DNA of 64,000 bases from Candidatus Nealsonbacteria bacterium (GTDB taxonomy: Bacteria; Patescibacteriota; Minisyncoccia; Minisyncoccales; JAGMDC01), in contig JAUWMZ010000002.1 of assembly GCA_030612885.1 (NCBI GenBank), positions 80,923 to 144,922 of the forward strand, read 5' to 3'. Below the pieces are notes generated by a model. The model was not told the origin of the DNA. It ran no database searches and saw only the letters and a list, made by a program, of their open reading frames with translations. A program made the translations under genes and the position numbers. Of the stretch, positions 43,546 through 52,516 are shown in pieces (position 1 is the stretch's first letter; each line of letters opens with the position of its first letter).

Positions 43546-44754
43546 ATGGTTTCTTTAGTCGCTAAAATCAAAAATCAGTTTTCAGGCATTGAGCCAATAA
43601 CAAAAAAGCTTTCTTTTTCCCATTTTTTGCTGATGTTCGGTTATAAGCTTTTTTCTCTTTATTTTCCGCTTTTTTTGATTTGGAAAGGATTATCATTTAC
43701 CCAGGTTGGTTATACATATCTTTTTATATATCTTCCTTTAGCTTTTTTTTCGCCGATAAGCGGTTTTCTTTGCTCTAGGTTTAATGAAAAAATTTTAATG
43801 CTAATTGGTATTTTTGGTTATTTTCTTTATTCCTTGGGAATGATTTTAAATGTTGACTTATTTTTCTTTTATCTTTTCCAAGTTCTTTTAGGAATTTCTG
43901 CTTCTTTATTTTTTGTAAGTTCCAGAAGCCTGCTTATTTCTTTAACTAAGAAAGCGAATGAATCTTTCGCCTGGTTTTATTCAATGCCTGTTTATGCAGA
44001 GGTGTTGGCGCCGGCAATAGGAGCTTTTCTAATCTGGCAATTTAATTTTATCGGTGTTTTTATTTTCAGCTTTGCTATCCATTTTTTTAATATTTTTTAT
44101 TCTTCTAAATCCCTTAGGAAAATAAAAAACTTCAATAGAACTCAACCAGAAAACATTGAAAAAATTAAAAAGGATTATTCGTCAATATTTAAAGAAATTA
44201 AAGAAAAGGAAGTAGCGCTTCTTTTAGGACTGGTCTTTTCAACTATTATCTTAACCGGTTTTTACAGAGCATTTTTTGTCCTATATTTAAAAAATCAGCT
44301 TCTCTGGTCTCAAAATAAGATTTTGCTTTTTATTTCTTTAGTCTCAATAGTATTCGTGGTTATCTCCTGGAAATTGATTAAAACTATCGGCGCTCAAAAA
44401 AGCAGAACTAATGTGCTTCAGGGAAGCATTATAAAATCATTAGTAACAATTGTTTTAGGAGTTGGTTTTAAATTCTTAACTTTCAACTCGCTTTTTATTG
44501 TTAAAATTGTTGAAAGAATGAGTTATCTAATGATAAATTCCGGCAGAAGCGGTTATTTTGCAAGAAAGTTTAAAAAATTCCCTGAAGAAATCGGAGCCAT
44601 TGATACACTTTTCATTCCATTAGGAGTGGCTATTGGTTCTTTGGCTGGCGGTTTTTTACTGAATTTCTTTTCTTTCGCAGTTATTTTCCAATGGTTTGGA
44701 ATTTTTCTTTTAATTTCTACTATTCTTGTCTGGTTTTTAATAAGAAGAGGATAA
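43546..44754 (+). CDS. MFS-type transporter
   Basis: 402 aa with ~12 TM segments arranged 6+6 around a central loop. Confidence 0.6.
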   Translation: MVSLVAKIKNQFSGIEPITKKLSFSHFLLMFGYKLFSLYFPLFLIWKGLSFTQVGYTYLFIYLPLAFFSPISGFLCSRFNEKILMLIGIFGYFLYSLGMILNVDLFFFYLFQVLLGISASLFFVSSRSLLISLTKKANESFAWFYSMPVYAEVLAPAIGAFLIWQFNFIGVFIFSFAIHFFNIFYSSKSLRKIKNFNRTQPENIEKIKKDYSSIFKEIKEKEVALLLGLVFSTIILTGFYRAFFVLYLKNQLLWSQNKILLFISLVSIVFVVISWKLIKTIGAQKSRTNVLQGSIIKSLVTIVLGVGFKFLTFNSLFIVKIVERMSYLMINSGRSGYFARKFKKFPEEIGAIDTLFIPLGVAIGSLAGGFLLNFFSFAVIFQWFGIFLLISTILVWFLIRRG

Positions 44755-44841
44755 AAACCCACAACTAAAGTTGTAGGTCTGTATATTTCCTCGCATTCAT
44801 CCACGACTAAAGTCGCGGTCTTCTGCGAGGAATTATAAAAT

Positions 44842-45609
44842 ATGAGAATTATTTCTTGGAATGTTAATGGAATAAGGGCGGTTTACAAAAGAGGTTTTTT
44901 AAAATGGCTTAGAGAATCCAAGGCTGATATTGTTTGTCTTCAGGAAACAAAGGCATGGCCAGAGCAGTTAGAGCCAGAGTTAGTAAATCCCAAAGGATAC
45001 TTTTCTTATTTTAATTCTGCTCAAAAGAAGGGATACGCTGGATTAGCTGTTTATACAAAAGAGAAACCCATAAAAATAGAAACCAAGACAGGCCTAAAGC
45101 GATTTGATGAAGAGGGGAGAATATTAAAACTTGAATATTCTAATTTTATTTTAATCAATCTTTATTTGCCTCACGGCGGAAGGCAAAAAGAAAATATGGT
45201 TTATAAACTGAAGAGTTATGATGAGCTTTTGAAATATTTTAAAAAGATTAATAAGAAGAAAGTAATACTTGTTGGAGATTTTAATGTTGCTCATCAAGAA
45301 ATTGATTTAGCCAGGCCAAAAGATAATAAAAACAATACTATGTTTACTTCAGAAGAAAGAAAAAGAATTGATAAAATAATTGAGATTGATTTTATAGACA
45401 CTTTTAGAAAATTTCATAAAGAGCCGGGAAATTATACTTGGTGGCCATATTATAGAAATGCCAGGCAGAGAAATTTGGGCTGGAGAATAGATTATATTTT
45501 TACTAACAAGGCATTAACTCTCGAATTAAAGAAAGCGTTTATTCTCAAGGACATAAAAAGTTCAGACCATTGTCCAATAGGAGTAGAGATTTCAAAAGGA
45601 AAACATTAA
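44842..45609 (+). CDS. xth: exodeoxyribonuclease III
   Basis: SWNVNGIRA, CLQETK, GDFNVAH, SDHCPI. Confidence 0.9.
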   Translation: MRIISWNVNGIRAVYKRGFLKWLRESKADIVCLQETKAWPEQLEPELVNPKGYFSYFNSAQKKGYAGLAVYTKEKPIKIETKTGLKRFDEEGRILKLEYSNFILINLYLPHGGRQKENMVYKLKSYDELLKYFKKINKKKVILVGDFNVAHQEIDLARPKDNKNNTMFTSEERKRIDKIIEIDFIDTFRKFHKEPGNYTWWPYYRNARQRNLGWRIDYIFTNKALTLELKKAFILKDIKSSDHCPIGVEISKGKH

Positions 45610-45626
45610 GTTTTCTTTTCAAAAAA

Positions 45627-46742
45627 ATGAAAATAAGAAAAGGATTAAAAAATATTATTGCTTTGGAGTCAAAAATTTCTCGCATTGACGGTAAAAAAGG
45701 TATTCTTGAATATCGAGGATATAGTATTCACGATTTAGTAAAATATTCCTGTTTTGAAGAAGTGGTTTATTTGCTTTGGTATGGACGTTTGCCAGGCAGT
45801 CAGGAACTGAAGGAATTTTCAAAAGATTTATCAAGACAAAGAGAACTTTCTCCAGAGATAATTAAACTTTTGAAAATTTTGCCAAAAGATACTCATCCCA
45901 TTGTAATTTTAAGAACAGTAATTTCTTATTTAGGTTCTTTAGACAAAAATCTCCATAAGATATCCAGAAATGAAGTATTAGAAAAATCAAAAAAGCTTTT
46001 AGCTAAAGTTCCTACTATTATTGCTTATTATCAAAGAATAGTAGAAGGAAAACCCATAATCCATCCTAAGAAAAACTTAGGGCAGGCTGCTAATTTTTTA
46101 TGGATGCTTAAAGGCAAAGAACCATTAGATTTTAAAGAAAAGGTTCTGGATTCAGACCTAATATTACATGCTGAACATGGGTTAAATCCTTCTACTTTTA
46201 CGGCCAGAATTGCTGCTTCTACTCTTTCAGACATATACGCTGGTATTGTTGCAGCTACAGGAGTTTTAACAGGCCCTTTACATGGCGGAGCCAGTGAAGA
46301 AGTGATTAAGATGCTTCGGGAGATAAAAGACGAAAAAAATCTATCAACCTGGCTAAAAGAAAAACTTGAAAAAAAAGAAAAGATACCGGGTTTTGGCCAC
46401 AGAGTTTATAAAACAGAAGATCCTAGAGCAAAGGAACTGAAAAAACTTGGAGAAAGTTTGGCTAAAACAAAAAAGAAAAAATGGTTGTTTTCCCTCTCCA
46501 ATAAGTTAGTTGAAGAAGTAAGAAAGAAAAAAAGAAATCTTTATCCCAATGTTGATTTCTATACAAGTTCTGTTTATCCCAATTTGGGAATTCCAGATAG
46601 GCTTTTTATCAATATGTTCACTATGGCAAGAGTTGCTGGTTGGTCTGCTCATATGATGGAGCAATACAAAGACAATGAACTTATTAGGCCTCTTGAAAAA
46701 TACATTGGCGAAAAGAATAAAAAATATACTCAAAGAAATTAA
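45627..46742 (+). CDS. citrate synthase (short type)
   Basis: HAEHGLNPSTF, GPLHGGA, GFGHRVYK. ATG 45627 (MKIRKGLKNI) is preferred over the track start 45570. Confidence 0.85.
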   Translation: MKIRKGLKNIIALESKISRIDGKKGILEYRGYSIHDLVKYSCFEEVVYLLWYGRLPGSQELKEFSKDLSRQRELSPEIIKLLKILPKDTHPIVILRTVISYLGSLDKNLHKISRNEVLEKSKKLLAKVPTIIAYYQRIVEGKPIIHPKKNLGQAANFLWMLKGKEPLDFKEKVLDSDLILHAEHGLNPSTFTARIAASTLSDIYAGIVAATGVLTGPLHGGASEEVIKMLREIKDEKNLSTWLKEKLEKKEKIPGFGHRVYKTEDPRAKELKKLGESLAKTKKKKWLFSLSNKLVEEVRKKKRNLYPNVDFYTSSVYPNLGIPDRLFINMFTMARVAGWSAHMMEQYKDNELIRPLEKYIGEKNKKYTQRN

Positions 46743-46743
46743 A

Positions 46744-47430
46744 TTGGAAAAAGATTTAAAACCCATCAATAAAGAAATTTCTCTTGTTACTGTTTATGAT
46801 AATTACCAAGTTAAGCCAGAACTGAAAACCGGCTGGGGTTTTAGTTGTTTAGTAAAAATGTCTGAGCAGAGTATTTTATTTGACACTGGCGCTGATAGTT
46901 CGACTTTATTCAGTAATATGAAAAAGCTAAAGATTGATCCCAAGAGCATTGATTTTGTTTTTATATCTCATATGCACGGAGACCATACTGGGGGATTGCA
47001 GGATTTATTAAAATTAAATGAAGATTTAAAAGTATATACTCCTGATTTGTTTTCAGAACCAACAAGAATATTTAAAAACGTATATTCCACGGGCTGGTTA
47101 GGGGATTGGACTAAAGAACAATCTTTAATATTAAACACTGAAAAAGGATTAGTGGTTATCACTGGCTGCGCCCATCCCGGAATTATTAATATTATTAAGA
47201 AAAGCAAAGACATGCTTAAGGGAGAGGTTTATTTGGTTTTAGGCGGTTTCCATTTGTCAGGAAATAGTGATTCTGAGTTGAGAAAGATTATTGACGATTT
47301 CAGAAGGTTAGAAGTTCAAAAAGCAGCGCCATGCCACTGTTCAGGGGACAGATGCCGGGAATTGTTCAAACAAGAATACAAAAATAACTTTATTGAGAAT
47401 GGCGTTGGAAAAATTATTGAGATACAATAA
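46744..47430 (+). CDS. MBL-fold metallo-hydrolase
   Basis: FISHMHGDHTGG (HxHxDH). TTG 46744, right after the citrate synthase stop, is proposed; the track ATG 46675 overlaps that gene by 68 nt. Confidence 0.65.
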   Translation: MEKDLKPINKEISLVTVYDNYQVKPELKTGWGFSCLVKMSEQSILFDTGADSSTLFSNMKKLKIDPKSIDFVFISHMHGDHTGGLQDLLKLNEDLKVYTPDLFSEPTRIFKNVYSTGWLGDWTKEQSLILNTEKGLVVITGCAHPGIINIIKKSKDMLKGEVYLVLGGFHLSGNSDSELRKIIDDFRRLEVQKAAPCHCSGDRCRELFKQEYKNNFIENGVGKIIEIQ

Positions 47431-47501
47431 AAACAGAATGTTTAGGAGCTAAACCTCTAAACATTTTTTGCCCGAGGCATGTTTGCTTCGGGCTTTTGTT
47501 G

Positions 47502-47510
47502 TGGTAGAAT
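47502..47510 (+). promoter_or_regulatory. extended -10 TGGTAGAAT
   Basis: Follows two hairpins (47437-47470 and 47470-47493); 46 nt before ATG 47557. Confidence 0.5.
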
Positions 47511-47556
47511 AATAAAAAGTCGAAGAAAATTAAAATTTAATTAAATGTAAAAAAAT

Positions 47557-48969
47557 ATGAGAAAAATAAAAATAGGAATTACTATGTTAACCTTAGTAAT
47601 GATGGGCGGTTTAGTTTTAGGCATAGCGGCTCTTGCCAATTCTTCTTCAAGGACAGGAAATTCTAACAATGAGGGAATTGATTATGCCCCGGGTCAGCTC
47701 ATTGTTAAGTTTCAAGGAGATACAGAACCTTTTAGGGTAATTAAAGTTCCTAAAGGAAAAGTTATGGAGAAAGTAGAAGAATACCGAGTCAAAGCAAATG
47801 TAGTTTATGCTGAGCCGAATTATATTCTTTACGCTTTTGGTTCCAATGATAGGTATTATGGAAATCAGTGGGCATTGAACAATACAAGCCAAGATATCTA
47901 CAATAAAGTTGTTTTGGATTGTATTGATGAACAGGGAGAAGAATTCGTTGAATGGTGCTGTAATAATATTGACGGCGCTATATGTAGACTTGACAGCACC
48001 CCGGACGCTGATATTAACTGGGATGAAGCATGGGCAGATTTTAACGCGTCTCTATTTTTTGAAACCATTATTGCAATTCTTGACACTGGCATTGACAAAA
48101 ATCACCTGGATTTATTTAACAAATTAGTTGATGGTGAAAATTTTACAAAAGACGGCGATAACGACTTCTATGGACACGGCACTCATGTTGCCGGAATTGC
48201 CGCGGCAGAAACAAATAATTCAGAAGGAATTACTGGAGTTGCTTTTTCTGATAATGTTAAAATTATGCCAGTAAAAGTTCTTGGTGATGATGGTTGCAGT
48301 GATACTGGAAGCGTTGTAAATGGAATTTATTACGCAACAGAGCATGGAGCTAAAGTAATAAATCTTAGTTTAGGCGGACGCGGTTCTGAAACATTAAAAG
48401 CCGCGATAGATGACGCGTGGAAAAATGGGGTCTTGATAGCAGCGGCGGCTGGCAATGATGGTGGTGGCAGAAAACGTTATCCAGCCAGTTATTCCAATGT
48501 GATGTCAGTGGCAGCCACTAATTATAATGACAATACCGCTTCTTTTTCCAACTTTAATGATGAGATAGATATTTCAGCGCCCGGAGTTAATGTTTTTTCT
48601 ACTTTTCCTACTTATGATTTTGTTCTCGGGACAAAATATGACCGTTCTCAAGATTATGATATAGGCAGCGGCACTTCAATGGCGGTTCCTCATGTCGCTG
48701 GTTTGGCAGGATTACTTTTTGCTCAAGATAATAGCCGGAATAATGCTGATGTAAGATACATTATTGAAAAAACCGCTGATGATTTAGGAACAGAAGGCTG
48801 GGATAGGCATTTTGGCTGGGGAAGGATTAATGTTTATAATGCTTTGAATTATACTGGTGAAACACCGCCGCCAGAAGAATGTATAAAGGATGGAAGATAC
48901 TGTAATTGTAATGGTAAATGTGATAAGTTTGAAACTTCTGAAAGTTGCCTTTCGGATTGTCCTTTATAA
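47557..48969 (+). CDS. secreted subtilisin-like (S8) serine protease with a Cys-rich tail
   Basis: Signal peptide. ILDTGID (Asp), HGTHVAG (His), GTSMAVPHVAG (Ser). C-terminal CIKDGRYCNCNGKCD...CLSDC. Confidence 0.9.
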   Translation: MRKIKIGITMLTLVMMGGLVLGIAALANSSSRTGNSNNEGIDYAPGQLIVKFQGDTEPFRVIKVPKGKVMEKVEEYRVKANVVYAEPNYILYAFGSNDRYYGNQWALNNTSQDIYNKVVLDCIDEQGEEFVEWCCNNIDGAICRLDSTPDADINWDEAWADFNASLFFETIIAILDTGIDKNHLDLFNKLVDGENFTKDGDNDFYGHGTHVAGIAAAETNNSEGITGVAFSDNVKIMPVKVLGDDGCSDTGSVVNGIYYATEHGAKVINLSLGGRGSETLKAAIDDAWKNGVLIAAAAGNDGGGRKRYPASYSNVMSVAATNYNDNTASFSNFNDEIDISAPGVNVFSTFPTYDFVLGTKYDRSQDYDIGSGTSMAVPHVAGLAGLLFAQDNSRNNADVRYIIEKTADDLGTEGWDRHFGWGRINVYNALNYTGETPPPEECIKDGRYCNCNGKCDKFETSESCLSDCPL

Positions 48970-49019
48970 AAATTAGTTGATGACCAACCTCGAGTTTTAG
49001 TCTTTTTAGATGAGATAAC

Positions 49020-49047
49020 AAAATCCCTTATTGAGGGATTTTGTTTT
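49020..49047 (+). terminator. terminator AAAATCCCT-TATTG-AGGGATTTT
   Basis: 9-bp stem followed by a T-rich tail. Confidence 0.7.
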
Positions 49048-49073
49048 ATTGAGGAATAAGATACAATAAAAAA

Positions 49074-50033
49074 ATGAAGAAAAAAATAATATTGATAATA
49101 ATTATAATCTCTTTTGCTTTTCTTTTTGCAGCAATAATTTTGTATAAAGAAAATAAGTCGCTTTCCTTTACTGATATTAATCTTGAAACATTTAATATTA
49201 ATATTAGTTCTGAAATATCTAAGGAAACTCAAGATGCTCTGACAGTCAATGAGAAAGAGACAAACTGGCAATGGATAGAAAAACAAAAGAAATTATATGA
49301 GTTGACTCCGACAGAGGTTGATTTACTTTTGAAAGAACTCTGGCAGAGATTTCCCGATAAAGACGAGCGGCTGAAAGCCATAGCTATTTTGCGGCTGGGC
49401 ACGCCTTATCATCTTGGTTGTTTGGGCGAAGAATCAGGGCGAGATAAGGATCCTATTTTTAGATTAGATACAGCTGATTGCACGGTATTTGTTTTAACCA
49501 CTGCTGCTTTGCTTAATTCCCAAAATTTAGAACAAGCAAGAGAGATGATGAAATTTTTAAACTATCAGCCAGAAAAAGAGATAAGTTTTGAGAATCGGCT
49601 TCATTTTACTACTGACCGTAATATGGTTTCGCCTTATTTTTCTGACATTACTGAAGAAATCGCTGGTTCTTCTAAAATAATTACCAGAAAAGTGATTTTA
49701 AATAAAGTAAAAACAGATGGTACACGTTGGATAGATATTGATTGGGAAAAAGAAATTATTATAAAATATTTGCCCAATGAATATATTACTAAAGAGTTTC
49801 TTATGGATTTGCCTAAATCAGTTGGTGTTGCCTTTATTAAAGAGAACTATTTTGAGACAGGATTAGATGTAGTTCATGAAGGGCTTTTGTTTGACGGAAA
49901 ATTACTTATTGCCGCAAGTTCAATAGAGAAAAAAGTTGCAGCAGAGGATTTCTGTAATTATTATTTTAGCGAAGATGGTTCTAGTCCTAAATTTGACGGT
50001 ATTGTATTATTTGACTTGACCTTTGACTTTTAA
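49074..50033 (+). CDS. DUF1460-like amidase/transglutaminase-fold protein, membrane anchored
   Basis: LGTPYHLGCLGEE...FRLDTADCTVFVLTTAALL matches the DUF1460 core pattern. Confidence 0.5.
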   Translation: MKKKIILIIIIISFAFLFAAIILYKENKSLSFTDINLETFNINISSEISKETQDALTVNEKETNWQWIEKQKKLYELTPTEVDLLLKELWQRFPDKDERLKAIAILRLGTPYHLGCLGEESGRDKDPIFRLDTADCTVFVLTTAALLNSQNLEQAREMMKFLNYQPEKEISFENRLHFTTDRNMVSPYFSDITEEIAGSSKIITRKVILNKVKTDGTRWIDIDWEKEIIIKYLPNEYITKEFLMDLPKSVGVAFIKENYFETGLDVVHEGLLFDGKLLIAASSIEKKVAAEDFCNYYFSEDGSSPKFDGIVLFDLTFDF

Positions 50034-50050
50034 ATGGTTAAACTAATACA

Positions 50051-51616
50051 ATGGTGAAAAAGAAGAAAAACAAAAAAATATTCAAGAAAAAGAAGAGAAT
50101 TTTAAAGAAAAAAGAGGTCAAAAAGAAAAAAACTCTTAAAAAAATAAAAAAGAGGAATATTAGGATTAAGCCGAAAAAAGCAAAAAAAAAGGTTTCCAAA
50201 AAGATTAAAATAGTTAAGAGAAAAAAAGTGTTTCGGTCTTTAAAAAGTTCAGATGTTTTTGAAGATGTTTACCAGACAAAAATAAAGGTAGTCGGCATTG
50301 GCGGCGGCGGCAGCTCTATTGTTTCGGAAATCGCTCCTCAATTAAAAAAAGTAAGTTCCATAGCAGCCAATACAGATACTCAAGCTCTTAAAAAGATAAG
50401 CAAGAAATGTAGACGTTTTTCTTTTGGCCAGAATCTAACCGGGGGTTTGGGCTGCGGAATGAACGCGGATTTAGGAAAAAAGGCGGCTCAAGAAGCCAGA
50501 GAAAGCATAAAGAAGATTTTAGAAGGAGCAGACCTTTGTATTTTGGTTTCTTCTTTGGGTGGCGGCACCGGCACCGGCGCTTCTCCGGTTTTTGCTGAAG
50601 TTTCCAGAGAACTTAAAAATATTACTTTTGGAATTTTTACTTTACCTTTTAAATTTGAAGGAGAAAAAAAATTAAAGATTGCTTTAAATTCCTTAGAAAA
50701 ATTAAAGTTAGATTTAAATGCTTTTACGGTCATTCCCAATGAAAAGATTTTTCAGATTATTGATAAGACAACGCCCCTAAAACAATCTCTTTCTAATTTA
50801 AATAAAATTTTAGAACAGGGATTAGAAGGTCTCATTGAAATGATTTTTTTGCCAGGCCTGATTAATATTGACTGGGCTGACTTAAAAGTAATTTTAGAAG
50901 GTAGGGGAAAGCTCTGTTATTTGAACAGTATTGACGCCAGAAGCGATGAGGAACCAGAAGAAATAGTAAGACGGCTTATTCAAAGTCCTTTAAGCGAATA
51001 CAACCCCCAAAAAGCAGATAAAATTTTATATAGTATAACCTCTGATAAGGATTTGAAAATGGATACAGTTGAGCAAATCAGCAAGGCCATTACCGGTTTT
51101 AATCAACGAGCAAAAATTATTTTCGGCATCTCTCAATATCCAAGTTATAAGAATAAAATAAGAATAACTTTATTAGCTACTAGTGATGATCAAAAAGAGA
51201 AAGTTGTAAAAAAAAGAAAAAAAGCAAAGCCCAAGCCCGAGCCCGAGTTAAAACCAGAACCAGAACCGATATCAGAACCAAAGCCAAAGCCAAAACCAGA
51301 ACCAGAGCCAAAAGAATCTTTAAAAGGAGCTAAGCTTCTTTTGGAAAAGGGGAAAGAGAAAATTTCTAATTTAAAAAAGAAAAGACCAAAAAAGAAAAAA
51401 AAACCAAAACCTGCCCGCATTGCTACGCAAAGCGTTGCAGGCGGGAAGAAAAAAAGAGTTCAGATATCAATTCCAAAAGCTCCGAAAGAAAAAACCAGAA
51501 AGAATGCCTTACAATTAAAAAAAGAAGCAGAACAAACTGAAAAAGAACTCTTGGCAGAAGAAAAAAAATGGGACATTCCTGCTTTTTTACGGAAAAACAC
51601 AGGTGATAATTCATAA
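50051..51616 (+). CDS. ftsZ: cell division GTPase FtsZ with a Lys-rich N-terminal extension and PEPK linker
   Basis: VVGIGGGGSSIV, GGGTGTGASPV, and the C-terminal peptide WDIPAFLRK. The N-terminal ~65 aa is poly-K/R; an alternative GTG start near 50228 is possible. Confidence 0.9.
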   Translation: MVKKKKNKKIFKKKKRILKKKEVKKKKTLKKIKKRNIRIKPKKAKKKVSKKIKIVKRKKVFRSLKSSDVFEDVYQTKIKVVGIGGGGSSIVSEIAPQLKKVSSIAANTDTQALKKISKKCRRFSFGQNLTGGLGCGMNADLGKKAAQEARESIKKILEGADLCILVSSLGGGTGTGASPVFAEVSRELKNITFGIFTLPFKFEGEKKLKIALNSLEKLKLDLNAFTVIPNEKIFQIIDKTTPLKQSLSNLNKILEQGLEGLIEMIFLPGLINIDWADLKVILEGRGKLCYLNSIDARSDEEPEEIVRRLIQSPLSEYNPQKADKILYSITSDKDLKMDTVEQISKAITGFNQRAKIIFGISQYPSYKNKIRITLLATSDDQKEKVVKKRKKAKPKPEPELKPEPEPISEPKPKPKPEPEPKESLKGAKLLLEKGKEKISNLKKKRPKKKKKPKPARIATQSVAGGKKKRVQISIPKAPKEKTRKNALQLKKEAEQTEKELLAEEKKWDIPAFLRKNTGDNS

Positions 51617-51643
51617 TCAATAATTAATGATCAATAATTAATA

Positions 51644-52516
51644 ATGATGATTAAGAAAGCTGTTATTCCTATTGCTGGTTTAGGAACAAGATTCCTACCT
51701 TTATCTAAAGCTTCACCCAAAGAGCTTTTACCTTTGGTTGATAAACCAGAAATTCAATATATTATTGAAGAAATTAAAAATTCAGGCATAAATGATATTA
51801 TTTTTGTTATTCGTCCAAAAGCAAAAGAAGTTTTTAATTATTTCCAAAAATCTCCGAAATTAGAAAAAATATTAAAAGAGAGGAAAAAAGAAAATTTTTT
51901 GGAAGAAGTTAAAAAACTGACAGAGATTTCCAAGAATACTTCTTTTTCGTGGGCTGTCCAGAAAGAACCATTAGGTGATGGCCATGCCATATTACAGGCA
52001 AAAAAATTAATAGGTAAAGATCCTTTTGTAGTTTTGTTTCCTGATGATATTATTGATTCAAAGACACCTTGTTTGACTCAGCTTGAACAAGTTTTTAAAA
52101 CCTGCCAAAAGCCGGTTATTGCTTTAAAAAAAATGCCTAAAGAAAAACTTCATCGTTACGGTGTAGTAAAAGTAGAAAAAATTGCCAATCGTATTTATAA
52201 AATAAAAAAGATTATTGAAAAACCAAATCCAGAGAACGCTCCTTCTGATTTAGTTATAGTCGGAAGGTATATTCATACTCCAGAAGTTTTTCAATATTTA
52301 GAAAAAGCCAGTCCTAGTAAGAAAGGTGAAATATATATGTCTGAAGTTTTAGAGAAAATGCTTAGCGATGGCAAAATAATCTATGGTTATGAGTTTGAAG
52401 GCGAATGGTTAGAATGTGGAAATAAATTAGATTGGCTAAAATCAAATTTTTATCTTTCTTTAAAACATCCTCAGTTCGGCCCGGAATTAAAAAAATATAT
52501 AAGAGAAATAGTATAG
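51644..52516 (+). CDS. galU: UTP--glucose-1-phosphate uridylyltransferase
   Basis: PIAGLGTRFLPLSKASPKELLPLVDKP; VVGRYI-type motif. Confidence 0.9.
   Translation: MMIKKAVIPIAGLGTRFLPLSKASPKELLPLVDKPEIQYIIEEIKNSGINDIIFVIRPKAKEVFNYFQKSPKLEKILKERKKENFLEEVKKLTEISKNTSFSWAVQKEPLGDGHAILQAKKLIGKDPFVVLFPDDIIDSKTPCLTQLEQVFKTCQKPVIALKKMPKEKLHRYGVVKVEKIANRIYKIKKIIEKPNPENAPSDLVIVGRYIHTPEVFQYLEKASPSKKGEIYMSEVLEKMLSDGKIIYGYEFEGEWLECGNKLDWLKSNFYLSLKHPQFGPELKKYIREIV

Noticed and set aside
51190-51420. Short periodic DNA repeats (CCAGAACCAGAGCCAAAGCC...) considered as a tandem repeat or CRISPR-like array.
   Set aside because: They lie inside the FtsZ ORF and encode the low-complexity PEPK linker. There is no repeat-spacer architecture, and no CRISPR array or cas gene anywhere in the window.
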